Source: Nanobdellota archaeon (GTDB taxonomy: Archaea; Nanobdellota; Nanobdellia; Pacearchaeales; GW2011-AR1). From it: DNA of 64,000 bases. How positions within the stretch are numbered: position 1 is the first letter of the stretch; every line of letters begins with the position of its first letter. Position numbers and translations under genes: made by a program. Below, one piece after another: positions 9,802 through 19,225 of this stretch. The stretch spans positions 15,285 through 79,284 of the forward strand of contig JAHIWS010000017.1 in NCBI GenBank assembly GCA_018815925.1, in the 5' to 3' direction. Below the pieces are notes generated by a model, which searched no databases, was not told the origin of the DNA, and was given only the letters and a program-made list of their open reading frames with translations.

Positions 9802-10662
9802 TTAATTAAATATTAAAGGAGTAATATAAACTTCTATTGTTGCAGCAAGAAGTAAGAGAACAATTGCTACAAAAAGCAAGATAATTGTGTTTTCTAAAAC
9901 CCTTAGAAATTGAGGGCTTTTTATTCCATTTTTAAGAATTCCAACTCCAAAAATTCCGCCAGCTAAAGCAGTTACAAAATATGCTGCAATTTCAGGAAAT
10001 CCATGAATCATATACCGCGCTATTCCAAGAGGTATTTGAGTTAATTGGTATTTTGTGAATATACCTATTGCTGCAGAAATTACACTTGCATTCCATGCTA
10101 AAACAAATATAGCTCCAGCTCCAAAGAGCAGTGAAAAAACCAGCGTGAAAATCATAACATAAACATTGTTTTCTATTATTGAAAAAAATCTTTTTCCATG
10201 TGTTGCAGCTCCTGTAGAAGTTATTTTTTCTGTAGGAGAATACCTAACAAAACAATCTTCAATATTTCCAGGACTATTTATCATGCAATAGGTTTTTATT
10301 TGGGCATTAAATAATTCATTATTATTCAATATAGGGTGCCAAAATGCAAAAGCAATTATAAAACCTAGAAAAAGCCACATAAAACCATAAAGAGCATCAC
10401 TATGTATTTTCCAGACACTAAAAAAGCCCTCTACTTGTTCATCTTCCTCCTCCTCTTGCTTTATCATATAATACATAAAAGGTAAAGAAAACATAACAGC
10501 AAAAGTTACAACAATTATTCCTGAAAATTTAGATAAAACAGGATCTCCAGCAAAAAACCAGTGTACTAATAAAAGTGAAAGTGAAGCATAGACAAGCCCT
10601 ATAAAAAACATTTTCCAAGGACCTTTCTCAGCTCTTTTTGGATTAATTAAAGATTCTAACAT
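9802..10662 (-). CDS. Stage II sporulation protein M (SpoIIM/DUF95) family membrane protein
   Basis: IIENN, WNASVI, HGFPEIAAY and AATIEVYITP motifs. Confidence 0.82.
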   Translation of the reverse strand: MLESLINPKRAEKGPWKMFFIGLVYASLSLLLVHWFFAGDPVLSKFSGIIVVTFAVMFSLPFMYYMIKQEEEEDEQVEGFFSVWKIHSDALYGFMWLFLGFIIAFAFWHPILNNNELFNAQIKTYCMINSPGNIEDCFVRYSPTEKITSTGAATHGKRFFSIIENNVYVMIFTLVFSLLFGAGAIFVLAWNASVISAAIGIFTKYQLTQIPLGIARYMIHGFPEIAAYFVTALAGGIFGVGILKNGIKSPQFLRVLENTIILLFVAIVLLLLAATIEVYITPLIFN

Positions 10663-10712
10663 ATATCTATTAAAAAAAGAGATTTTTTAAACTTTCGTGA
10701 TTTCTTTTAATA

Positions 10713-11519
10713 ATGAATAAAAAAAAAGAGTTTAACCAAATTTTAAAAAACATAAAAAACATAAAAATTCAAGGAGCAAAAAATATTGCCAAAGCCGCAT
10801 TAAAAGCTTATTTTCTTTTTCCAACAAAATCTTCAAAAAAGAAACTTCTTTATTTAAGACCAACAGAACCTATGCTGGAGCGTGTTTTAAATTTAGCAGA
10901 AAAAAATTCAAAAGAAAAAATATTAGAACATTTTAAAATATCTCAAAATAAAATTAATAACCTCGTATATAAATTAATTAAAAATAAAGATGTAGTTTTT
11001 ACCCACTGCCATTCTACAAATGTTGTTAATGCTTTGGTTTATACAAGAAAAAAAAGAAAAAAGTTTGAAGTTTACAATACAGAGACCCGTCCTTTGTTTC
11101 AAGGAAGAAAAACTGCTAAAGAACTTAAGAAAGAGGGAATCAAAGTTACAATGTTTGTTGATTCTGCTTTAGGAATAGCTCTTTCTAAGGAGCTAGGAAC
11201 AAAAAAAGTTTCTAAAGTTTTTTTAGGTGCAGATGCTCTGACAAAAAAAGGAATAATCAATAAAGTTGGAAGTGAAGTAATAGCAAAAATAGCTAAATCA
11301 GAAAAAATTCCTGTTTTTATTGTAGCTGATTCTTGGAAATTTTCAAGGAAATTTGTTCCTATTGAACAAAGAAAACTAAATGAAGTTTGGGATAAAGCTC
11401 CTAAAAACATTAAAATAAGAAATCCTGCTTTTGAATTTGTAGATAAAAAATATATAACAAAGATAATTACTGAACAAGGCGTACTCAGTTATGAAAAATT
11501 TTGGAGGAAAGTAAAATAA
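10713..11519 (+). CDS. Ribose-1,5-bisphosphate isomerase (eIF2B-like family)
   Basis: IQGA, RPTEP, THCHS (catalytic Cys), ETRP..QG, GADA (catalytic Asp), NKVGS, NPAFE; AMP phosphorylase in the same window. Confidence 0.82.
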   Translation: MNKKKEFNQILKNIKNIKIQGAKNIAKAALKAYFLFPTKSSKKKLLYLRPTEPMLERVLNLAEKNSKEKILEHFKISQNKINNLVYKLIKNKDVVFTHCHSTNVVNALVYTRKKRKKFEVYNTETRPLFQGRKTAKELKKEGIKVTMFVDSALGIALSKELGTKKVSKVFLGADALTKKGIINKVGSEVIAKIAKSEKIPVFIVADSWKFSRKFVPIEQRKLNEVWDKAPKNIKIRNPAFEFVDKKYITKIITEQGVLSYEKFWRKVK

Positions 11520-11921
11520 TCACTTTTCTTTTTCTTGAACTTCTTTAAATGTTTTTATTAGTTCTTCATTAACTTTTTCCAAGTTTTTACTTAATTCTTT
11601 TTTAATTTCTTCTAGTTTTTCAATCTGAGTATCAATTAGTTCTTGAGTTTTTGGAATCGTTTTCTTAACAAATTTTCTTTCCCCAATATCTACTATAAGC
11701 TCTTCTGATAATAATTTTGTTTTTGCAAAAATTCCTTTTCCAATTGAAGTTAGAATTTCTTTATCTTTTGCTCCTTTAAGATCATTAAGACCTAAATTTA
11801 AAGAACTCATTTCAACAATTCCTTGTTCAACAGCCTGCAATTGTTGTTGTAACTGCTGTATTTGCTGTTCAAATATGCTTAGCTTATACATAATTTCTTG
11901 TTGATTTTGATCCATTTCCAT
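11520..11921 (-). CDS. pfdA: Prefoldin alpha subunit
   Basis: Coiled coils flanking two beta-hairpins (IGKGIF, VDIG..FV). Confidence 0.9.
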   Translation of the reverse strand: MEMDQNQQEIMYKLSIFEQQIQQLQQQLQAVEQGIVEMSSLNLGLNDLKGAKDKEILTSIGKGIFAKTKLLSEELIVDIGERKFVKKTIPKTQELIDTQIEKLEEIKKELSKNLEKVNEELIKTFKEVQEKEK

Positions 11922-12177
11922 TATAAACTCAGAAAAAGTATGTTTTTAAGGGTTGTGATTAGAGCAAATAATTGTTTGGTTTTTTTGAAACTGATTTGGA
12001 AGGAATTGTTGAAATGTTTGTTCTGGAGGGATACAGGGTATAAACCATTAATTAATATTGATTTCTGAATTATTAAATCTTACTAAAAATCAGGTAATAA
12101 TTTATTTTTCAGTTTCCTTTTAGAACCTTTATAATATTTTTTAAAGGGTAGATTATTTAATCCAGAAATTTATTTTC

Positions 12178-12576
12178 CTAAACAACTTTTAAAACCTTTC
12201 TAAGAATCATACTAGATATAATTCCTGTTGCAATATACCACCATATCCAGCTAGAGAATACAGGTGAATAAATTCCTCTAATCCACCAGAATAATATAAT
12301 GAGTGGGAGAAAAGTATATAGCATTGGTTTAAATGAGTGTTTCATAAGCTCCATAGAACAATCCATCATTTGTTTTTGAACTTTAGTCATTTCACCTGGG
12401 TCATGTCTAGCATCTTTGAGTTTTATTTGACAAGCTTTTTGAATCTGCTTTAACTCTTTCATCCGGTTCTGATTTGTGAATTTTTTAGTTACAAGAGTCA
12501 TTACAAGTGTAATTAAAAAAGAAACAACAATCACACTTACTTTGGGGTTTGCGATGAGTATTTCTTCCATAGTCAT
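12178..12576 (-). CDS. DUF106 / EMC3-TMCO1 (Oxa1 superfamily) membrane protein
   Basis: TM + coiled coil + SFKPMLYT..P + WIWWY; conserved position downstream of secY. Confidence 0.85.
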   Translation of the reverse strand: MTMEEILIANPKVSVIVVSFLITLVMTLVTKKFTNQNRMKELKQIQKACQIKLKDARHDPGEMTKVQKQMMDCSMELMKHSFKPMLYTFLPLIILFWWIRGIYSPVFSSWIWWYIATGIISSMILRKVLKVV

Positions 12577-12622
12577 TTTAAGCTCTTTTAATATTTATAT
12601 TTATGAAGAGGTGTTTTTAAAA

Positions 12623-14062
12623 CTAACCCCCTCCCATGAACTTTCTCATTGCAGGAGCCATGTCCATTTGATGTTGTTGTGCAATGTTTTGATAGAACTG
12701 AAACATAATCATTATTACTAGTAGCATAGCTGTTCCTGAAACTAGAGCTCCTAGTAAATTAGTAACTGAAGCCAGCAAACCAATAGCAAGACCACCCATG
12801 ACTGTTAAGGGCATTATATATCTGTCTAAAATACTCTCAAGGATTCTTTCATCTTGTCTAAAACCAGATACTTGTAATCCAGAAGAAGCTATTTTATGAG
12901 CTTGTGCTTTTGAATCCATTCCAGAAGTTTTAACCCAGAATATAGCAAAAATAGTTGAAAAAAACATAAAGAACAAGGTATGTGTTAAACCTTGAAGAAG
13001 ATATTTAGGAAGAAATCCTCCTTTAATAGTTAATTGAAGAAGATTATTTGAACCCATCCAAAATGATAATCCTGAAATAGCTTGCCCTTCTACAAAATGA
13101 CCTAAAAAACCAAAGTATGAAGCAAATTTAGCCATTCCTGTACAAATTCCTTCTTCAACACAAGGTGCAGCAGCATTCTCAATCATACCTCCAAAAAGTT
13201 GCACATTAGCCATTAGAGCAGCAGTTAAGATAACAGGAATAACAGAAGCATAGAAAAAAGATAATGGCCATTTAACCCCATATCCTCTAATCCTACCAAA
13301 AGATAAAGGTATTTCTACCTTTAATGATTGTGCCCATACAACCATTAGAAAGATGAGTATTGTAGCTAAAATTGCTGCTAAAGCTGATAAAAGTTCTGTG
13401 GGATATTTATTAATTACAGATTGTATTAAAACAAAAACCTTTCCAGAGCACGGAGTTCCTTTAAAATCAAGTAAACAATTTCTTCCTTGTTGGTTTATGA
13501 ATTGGAAAGCACTAGTTACTAATCTCCAGCTAACTCCAGCACCTATAAATAGACTTACTCCTGATCCAAAACCCCATTTTTGGCACACATCGTCCATATA
13601 AAAAATAGCTAGTCCTCCAAGTATTAATTGGAAAACAACTAATCCTGTAAATCCTGGAGCTGCTTGAAGACCTTGCATCAAAACATATATTAGTGCTTCA
13701 AAAATAATAAAAAAGAAAACCAAAATTTTTTGAATGCCTTGGAAAAATCTTTTACCTTCATCTGTTGTAGTATCAATATTAAGGATTCCTGATCCAGTAA
13801 GTAATTGTAAAATAATAGAGGCCATTACAATTGGACCAATTCCTAAAGAAATAATACTTCCAAAATCTGTTCCAAGAAGAATAGCAAGATATTCAAATCT
13901 TGAAAGAGCATTTTCTGAGAGTCCAAAAAGAGGAATATTAGCAAGGACAAAAAATGCCCCCAAAATAATTAGAGTCCATTTTAGCTTTGTATTAAAACCA
14001 ACTTTTTTTTCAGAAGGTTTTGTAACTTCTGGAATATATCCAAATAAATCTTTAAGAGCCAT
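12623..14062 (-). CDS. secY: Preprotein translocase subunit SecY
   Basis: KLKWT, LGIGPIV.ASIILQLL, KWGFGSGVSLFI, GFRQD..ILDRYI, SGTAMLL. Confidence 0.97.
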   Translation of the reverse strand: MALKDLFGYIPEVTKPSEKKVGFNTKLKWTLIILGAFFVLANIPLFGLSENALSRFEYLAILLGTDFGSIISLGIGPIVMASIILQLLTGSGILNIDTTTDEGKRFFQGIQKILVFFFIIFEALIYVLMQGLQAAPGFTGLVVFQLILGGLAIFYMDDVCQKWGFGSGVSLFIGAGVSWRLVTSAFQFINQQGRNCLLDFKGTPCSGKVFVLIQSVINKYPTELLSALAAILATILIFLMVVWAQSLKVEIPLSFGRIRGYGVKWPLSFFYASVIPVILTAALMANVQLFGGMIENAAAPCVEEGICTGMAKFASYFGFLGHFVEGQAISGLSFWMGSNNLLQLTIKGGFLPKYLLQGLTHTLFFMFFSTIFAIFWVKTSGMDSKAQAHKIASSGLQVSGFRQDERILESILDRYIMPLTVMGGLAIGLLASVTNLLGALVSGTAMLLVIMIMFQFYQNIAQQHQMDMAPAMRKFMGGG

Positions 14063-14657
14063 TTTTATTCTCTTTTTTTAAACTTAAGATAATTTCGCTA
14101 CCAGCTTTAGTTTGACTTTTAGGAAAACTATTTAGGGAGTGTGATTCACCTCCAGCTTTTTCTACTTTTTTTATTGTTGATTTAGGGGCTTGTTTTGCTT
14201 TTGTTTGGCCATGTTTGGACAAACAAATGAGAATGATTTCTCCACCTTTTGATTTCACTTTCTCTCTTGCAGATTTAGAGGAATCATTTGCTTTTATAAT
14301 TAACTTGTTTTTTACCTCTCCTGTTCCAAGAATTTTATAATCTTTTAAATTAATTTCCCATTTATCACCTATTTTTTTACCATATTTTTCTAAACTAAAT
14401 TCTATTTGTTGAAGATTTATTCTTTTTCTTTTATCTTTTTTTGTTCCTTTACTTGTAATTCCTTGTTTTCCAAAATATTTGTGTCCATAAAGTTTTGTCA
14501 CAAGTGTTTTTTTCTGATCTGCTCTTTTTCCACTACCAGACATTCCTTTTCCTCCCTTATGTCCTGATTTTTTGTGTTTTTTTCTAGCTCCCCATCCATG
14601 ACTCCCCCTATTTCTACCATGCATTCTTGATGATTTTGTACGTTTTGTTAGTTTCAT
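14052..14657 (-). CDS. rpl15: 50S ribosomal protein uL15 with a repeated C-terminal segment
   Basis: HGWGARKKH, GGKGMSG, YFGKQG, KILGTG, KGGE; ATG at 14657 preferred. Confidence 0.93.
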   Translation of the reverse strand: MKLTKRTKSSRMHGRNRGSHGWGARKKHKKSGHKGGKGMSGSGKRADQKKTLVTKLYGHKYFGKQGITSKGTKKDKRKRINLQQIEFSLEKYGKKIGDKWEINLKDYKILGTGEVKNKLIIKANDSSKSAREKVKSKGGEIILICLSKHGQTKAKQAPKSTIKKVEKAGGESHSLNSFPKSQTKAGSEIILSLKKENKNGS

Positions 14658-14676
14658 TTTAATTGTATTTTTAACC

Positions 14677-14916
14677 TTATAATATTCCACCTTCTTTTAA
14701 TTTTTCTGAATAACTATTAAAATTGGGATTATCAGTTTCGATAATCTCTTCACTTAATGGTTTTAATTTTTCACCATCAATTATATATTTTGCTTTTATT
14801 ATTACCCCATTATATCCATCATAATACATAGTATCAAGAGAAACATCTGTTTTTCTAATAATTAATTCATCCCAACCTTTTTTGACTAAAATATTTTTTA
14901 GGTTTTTTGTTTCCAT
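14677..14916 (-). CDS. Hypothetical protein inserted between uL30 and uL15
   Basis: 79-aa ORF whose start overlaps the uL30 stop (TAATG). Confidence 0.6.
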   Translation of the reverse strand: METKNLKNILVKKGWDELIIRKTDVSLDTMYYDGYNGVIIKAKYIIDGEKLKPLSEEIIETDNPNFNSYSEKLKEGGIL

Positions 14917-15263
14917 TATAGCATCCTCTCTACTAATTTATTAATTTCTTTTCCATTATTTCCTAAAACACCTTTTCCAACTCCAAAATGTTTTTTACTC
15001 TCAATTCCTCCTCGGGGAGGATGCAATCTAAAGAAATTTTTTATTTTTGTTTTTCTTTTTTCTACAAGTCTTTTATAGACTTCTTCACTGATTTCTCCGA
15101 ATGCAACAAAATCTCTAACTTTATTTATCATTCCAAGTTGAATCTTTGTTGGTTTATCAATAACAATACAGGAATATTTTTTCCTAAGCCTAAGTCTATA
15201 TAGGGTTTCAATTATTTCTTTTTTTAATCCTACCTGCCCTTTTATTCTTATTATTAATTTCAT
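14916..15263 (-). CDS. rpl30p: 50S ribosomal protein uL30
   Basis: IIRIKG, TLYRLRL, FRLHPPRGG, INKLVERML; ATG at 15263. Confidence 0.93.
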   Translation of the reverse strand: MKLIIRIKGQVGLKKEIIETLYRLRLRKKYSCIVIDKPTKIQLGMINKVRDFVAFGEISEEVYKRLVEKRKTKIKNFFRLHPPRGGIESKKHFGVGKGVLGNNGKEINKLVERML

Positions 15264-15271
15264 TTTATTTC

Positions 15272-16105
15272 CTATAAATTTGTTTTTTTTAAAGCACCTA
15301 TACATGCTTTAACAAGGTTAAAAGTTGTTCTTTTTCTACCAGATGTTCTACTGTAAATATCTTTTATTCCTGCTAATTTTAATATTTTTTTTAATTCACT
15401 TCCAACAACAAGACCTGTTCCTTGCGCCGCAGGAATAAGAGTTATTCTTACACTTCCTGTTTTTCCAGTTACTTTAAAAGGAATTGTGTGATTTTCTGAA
15501 CAATCACAATCAAATCCTGCACAGCTTCTTTTTATTTTCATAATATTTAGTTTAGCTTTTCTTATTGCTTTATCTCTAGCAGGAAGGGTTTCTTTAGATT
15601 TTCCTGTTCCAATTCCAATATGTCCTTTTCCATCCCCAATAACAGCAAGAGTTGAAAAGGTAGGAATATTTCCTTCTTTTCGTTTTTTTTGTGTTTGACG
15701 CCAAGCCCTTCTTTTTCCACCTCCAAATTTTCCTTTTGATTGACCTATAGAAATTAAATCTGATTCTACATTTAATAATGAATCTACAATTTCTGGTTCA
15801 AGAATTTTTCTTTTTTTGTCTAAAATTTCATCTATTTTTTTTATTTTTCCATCTTTTACTTCTTGCCCAAGTTTAGTTTTTGGATCCCAGGCAGCTAAAG
15901 CTTCTTTTTCTTCATCTTCTCTTGATTTTCTTCTCATATCTTTTCTAGATTCAACTTTTTTTGGTTTTTCTTTAGTTTCTGAATCTTGTTCAGAAATTCT
16001 TTCATTAGACTGCTTTGCCTTTTCTCCTATTTTTTCCATAGTTCTTGGGATTTCTTTATCTTCAATTTTTTCTCCAACGCCTTGATTTTTGATTTCTTTA
16101 GTCAT
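15272..16105 (-). CDS. rps5: 30S ribosomal protein uS5
   Basis: WDPKTKLG, EPEIVD, GHIGIG, PFKVTGK.GSV, GTGLV; charged N-terminal extension. Confidence 0.95.
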   Translation of the reverse strand: MTKEIKNQGVGEKIEDKEIPRTMEKIGEKAKQSNERISEQDSETKEKPKKVESRKDMRRKSREDEEKEALAAWDPKTKLGQEVKDGKIKKIDEILDKKRKILEPEIVDSLLNVESDLISIGQSKGKFGGGKRRAWRQTQKKRKEGNIPTFSTLAVIGDGKGHIGIGTGKSKETLPARDKAIRKAKLNIMKIKRSCAGFDCDCSENHTIPFKVTGKTGSVRITLIPAAQGTGLVVGSELKKILKLAGIKDIYSRTSGRKRTTFNLVKACIGALKKTNL

Positions 16106-16584
16106 TTTTCTATTTTAGATTTAATTTCTTCAAAGGGAATTTTATTTTTTAGGTTAGAACCTTTTATGATATCTTCACTTGGGAAAACTTTTTCCTTGGT
16201 TTTTATTTTAACTCCAGCATCAACCAAACCTTTCAAAAAAGCATAGATTTTTGTTTTATGCAAATTTCTTATCATCCCAAAATCAATAATAGGGGTTTCT
16301 TTTTTGGTTTTTATTTCCTCTCCAATTAAAAAACCTGTAAAATATGCAGCAGGAATTGATTTTAGACTCCCAATAAACTCTTTTGGCCAACCATATTTAA
16401 TAAGATCTTTTGAGTTAACTCCTATTTCAACTTTGTCTTGTGCCTCTTTACTTAAAATGTATTGTGCAATAAGATATTTATTTGTTTTTCTAAAGACAAT
16501 CCTCGGAGACATGCTTTTAAGTAATTTTATTCTTTTTGAATAATTTGTTTTACTTTCTTTTCTTCTACGTTTTTGTGTTTTCAT
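16102..16584 (-). CDS. rpl18: 50S ribosomal protein uL18
   Basis: RRRKESKTNY.KR.KLL, PAAYFTG, KGLVDAG. Confidence 0.94.
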   Translation of the reverse strand: MKTQKRRRKESKTNYSKRIKLLKSMSPRIVFRKTNKYLIAQYILSKEAQDKVEIGVNSKDLIKYGWPKEFIGSLKSIPAAYFTGFLIGEEIKTKKETPIIDFGMIRNLHKTKIYAFLKGLVDAGVKIKTKEKVFPSEDIIKGSNLKNKIPFEEIKSKIEK

Positions 16585-16988
16585 TTTTTACTTCCCCCTA
16601 ATTGTTCTTTTAAATGTGTTTTACTTCTGTATATTTTGTTTCTTATTTTTTTCCTAATTTCAGAAACTTCTTCTTTACTGACTTTTCCTTGTTCTTTTAG
16701 TTCAGAAATGTATTTTCTTAATTTTCTAGTTAAAGTAACATATTTTGATTTTCTTTTTTTCACCTTTTTTCTTATATTTCCTTTACTTCTTTTTGATTTT
16801 CTTTTTTTCACCTTTTTTCTTCCTTTAACTTCTTTTATAATTATTGCTCCATCTTTTTTTAAGTCTTTAATGTCTTGTTTTGTTATAGCTTCTTTTATTT
16901 CTTCTAATCTTTCTTTTAGAAAAACAATTCTTTTTTTTCCAACTTTTAAAGTTCTTGCAGATAATAATTTCTTTTTTTTCAAGTTCAT
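16581..16988 (-). CDS. rpl19e: 50S ribosomal protein eL19
   Basis: LKVGKKRI, EAITKQDI; spc operon position. Confidence 0.9.
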   Translation of the reverse strand: MNLKKKKLLSARTLKVGKKRIVFLKERLEEIKEAITKQDIKDLKKDGAIIIKEVKGRKKVKKRKSKRSKGNIRKKVKKRKSKYVTLTRKLRKYISELKEQGKVSKEEVSEIRKKIRNKIYRSKTHLKEQLGGSKK

Positions 16989-17485
16989 TTTTTAGTTTCC
17001 TTAGTGCCTGAAGTATTTTTGTCTTTAAGTGCTAGATTTGAGTTTGCCTCAGAGTTTTGTTTTTCTCCTTGCGGTTTTACAGCTATTTTTTCAGGAATTT
17101 TTTTTAAAGGTTCATTTTTCTTTTCTTTTTTCTTACTTTCTTTCTTTTCTATTTCTTTTAAAAATTTATTGATATTTACATTCCTAAACTGAATTTTTCT
17201 CTCTCTAGCTTTTTTTATTATTTCTATTTTCTTTTTTTTCCCGATATTACCCAAAATTAATTTTTCTTTTCCTATTTTTTCTAAATCTTTTAAATTTTGA
17301 ATTATTTTTGTTTTATTTTTTTTTGGTTTTTTATATCCAATACTAACTGTTTTTGGATATCCTTTTCTTTTTTCTCTCATTTTATTATCTCTTCCAGTAG
17401 GTCTCCTCCAAACTTGTTTTTTCTTTCTCCTTTTTCCAAGTTTTGAGTATCTATTTGATATTCGTCTGATAAAATTTTTTGTCAT
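16985..17485 (-). CDS. rpl32e: 50S ribosomal protein eL32 with C-terminal extension
   Basis: WRRPTGRDNKMR, VSIGY, IGKKKK; ATG at 17485. Confidence 0.92.
   Translation of the reverse strand: MTKNFIRRISNRYSKLGKRRKKKQVWRRPTGRDNKMREKRKGYPKTVSIGYKKPKKNKTKIIQNLKDLEKIGKEKLILGNIGKKKKIEIIKKARERKIQFRNVNINKFLKEIEKKESKKKEKKNEPLKKIPEKIAVKPQGEKQNSEANSNLALKDKNTSGTKETKK
16996..17035. repeat. Dispersed hairpin repeat, copy 2 (in-frame within the rpl32e tail)
   Basis: TTAGTGCCTGAAG-TATTTTTGT-CTTTAAGTGCTAG; encodes KDKNTSGTKE, compared with KDKTSGTKE in AglB. Confidence 0.7.
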
Positions 17486-17486
17486 T

Positions 17487-18029
17487 TTAAATTTCCTTCC
17501 CACCTTTATTTGTTATGTATATTCCATCTTGAAATACTCTCTTGTCTCTTCCTCTTATTTTTGTGGCTGTTTCAAAGTTTGCTGCAGCCTGTCCACCCAA
17601 TTCTTTATTAGGTGAGATTATTGTTATTATTTCTTTATCTATTTTGACTTCAACTCCTTCAGGAATTTTAAATTTTCTTGGTATTTTTTCCCCTAGAAAA
17701 TTTTTTAGAATAACTTCATTACCTTTTAATTCAACATTCATCGGGAAATGACTGAAACATACCTTTAATTTATATTCAAATTTTTCTTGTACACCATGAA
17801 TCATATTTTTAATGTGTGCAGCTATTGTGTTTATTTTTTTCTTTTCGTGCTTGGTTGTTTTTTTATGCCCTACAAGTATTTTATTTTCTTGTTTTTTGAA
17901 TTCTAAATTTGCCATTTCAAATTCTCTTTTATTTTCCCCTTCAGGACCCTTTACGATTAGTGTTGAATCTTCTAAATTAGCTTCCACTCCTTCTGGGATT
18001 TCAATTTCTTGATAAAATTTTTTTTTCAT
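17487..18029 (-). CDS. rpl6: 50S ribosomal protein uL6
   Basis: IPEGV, VKGPEG, SHFPM, NFLGEK, RDKRVFQDGIYI. Confidence 0.96.
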   Translation of the reverse strand: MKKKFYQEIEIPEGVEANLEDSTLIVKGPEGENKREFEMANLEFKKQENKILVGHKKTTKHEKKKINTIAAHIKNMIHGVQEKFEYKLKVCFSHFPMNVELKGNEVILKNFLGEKIPRKFKIPEGVEVKIDKEIITIISPNKELGGQAAANFETATKIRGRDKRVFQDGIYITNKGGKEI

Positions 18030-18030
18030 T

Positions 18031-18411
18031 TTAATAAAAATATGCTATTAAGCATCCTCCTATGTTTTCTTCTTGTGCTTCTTCATGAGTAACAAGGCCT
18101 TTATTAGTAGAGATAATTAATGTTCCAATTTGTCTAGAGGGAAGATACCTTCTTCTATATTTTTCAATTTGAGTTTTTTTAACAGTAAACCTTGGTTTTA
18201 TGGCTTTACATTCATGCAAATCACCTATTGTTATTTGCAATGATTTATTTTTGCTATTAATTTTATATTTTTTTATGATATTTTTTTGTTTCATAATTTT
18301 TAGAATTTCGATTAATACATTTGAGATTATTTTTATCTCTATTGTTTCTTTTCCAGCTTTTTTTGCGTTTTTTATATTGTTTAGTGCATCGGCAACTATA
18401 TCTTGTGACAT
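18031..18411 (-). CDS. rps8: 30S ribosomal protein uS8
   Basis: DIVADALNNIKNA, IKPRF, YLPS, ISTNKGLVTH. Confidence 0.95.
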   Translation of the reverse strand: MSQDIVADALNNIKNAKKAGKETIEIKIISNVLIEILKIMKQKNIIKKYKINSKNKSLQITIGDLHECKAIKPRFTVKKTQIEKYRRRYLPSRQIGTLIISTNKGLVTHEEAQEENIGGCLIAYFY

Positions 18412-18419
18412 TTTTTCTC

Positions 18420-18650
18420 CTATGAATATTTGTTAAAACCTATCTCTGTAGCTATCTCTCTAAAACATTGACGGCATAAATTTAATCCATGTGTTTTTAT
18501 ATGTGATCCAAATCTCCCACATTTTTCACATTTTCTTACAGCTATTCCAATTTTTCTTTGTTTTGGTTTGTTGTGTTTTAAGAATCTTGCAAGTATTTGG
18601 GGTTTATTTCTTAGTTGTACTAGTATTTTATTCCAATCACTTGCAGTCAT
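18420..18650 (-). CDS. rps14: 30S ribosomal protein uS14
   Basis: CEKC...LCRQCFRE.A..IGF.KY zinc motif. Confidence 0.94.
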   Translation of the reverse strand: MTASDWNKILVQLRNKPQILARFLKHNKPKQRKIGIAVRKCEKCGRFGSHIKTHGLNLCRQCFREIATEIGFNKYS

Positions 18651-18714
18651 TTGATAAATTCTCCATATTTTTTATTTAATGGATGAGCTAAAAATTTTAT
18701 ATTTGTATTCATTT

Positions 18715-19224
18715 TTAATTAAACTCCACTTGAAAGTTATCTTCCATAAATTTAATTATTTCTTCTTTACTTATTGTTTGTCTCTTAGGTATTTTTCCCC
18801 TTTTTATTTTCCTTAATTTAATTCTTCTTCCAGATCTTTTAAAAACTATAGTAACATCAAAACCTATAATTCCTATTTCTCTTTGGTATTCTACTCCTGG
18901 AATTTCGATATATTCTTTAATTCCAAATGAAAAATTGTTTTCACTTATTTGTTTTTTATTAAGGGAATTTTCTCGTGCAATTAATAATCTCTTTAAAAGT
19001 TCTTCATATTTTCTCCTAATTGTAACTACTGCTCCAACCTCTAATTTTGGCCTCACTCCTAAAGAAGGGATTCTTTTTTTTGATTTCATTTTTGCAGGTT
19101 TTCTATTTGTGATTATTTTAAGAAGTTTAAATCCTTTTTCAAGTTCTTCTCCAATTCCCCCAACACTTAGTATAACTTTTTCTATCTTTACTTTCTGCAT
19201 GATGTTTTTCTTTTTATTTTCCAT
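18715..19224 (-). CDS. rpl5: 50S ribosomal protein uL5
   Basis: IEKVILSVG, NFSFGIKEYIEIPGVEY...IGIIG. Confidence 0.95.
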   Translation of the reverse strand: MENKKKNIMQKVKIEKVILSVGGIGEELEKGFKLLKIITNRKPAKMKSKKRIPSLGVRPKLEVGAVVTIRRKYEELLKRLLIARENSLNKKQISENNFSFGIKEYIEIPGVEYQREIGIIGFDVTIVFKRSGRRIKLRKIKRGKIPKRQTISKEEIIKFMEDNFQVEFN

Positions 19225-19225
19225 T

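Noticed and set aside
10713-11519. Annotation as a translation factor aIF2B subunit
   Set aside because: The catalytic Cys/Asp pair and the presence of AMP phosphorylase favour ribose-1,5-bisphosphate isomerase.
11940-12177. Gap where eL34, cmk or eL14 might be expected after DUF106
   Set aside because: Hand translation gave only short ORFs with no ribosomal-protein or kinase motifs.
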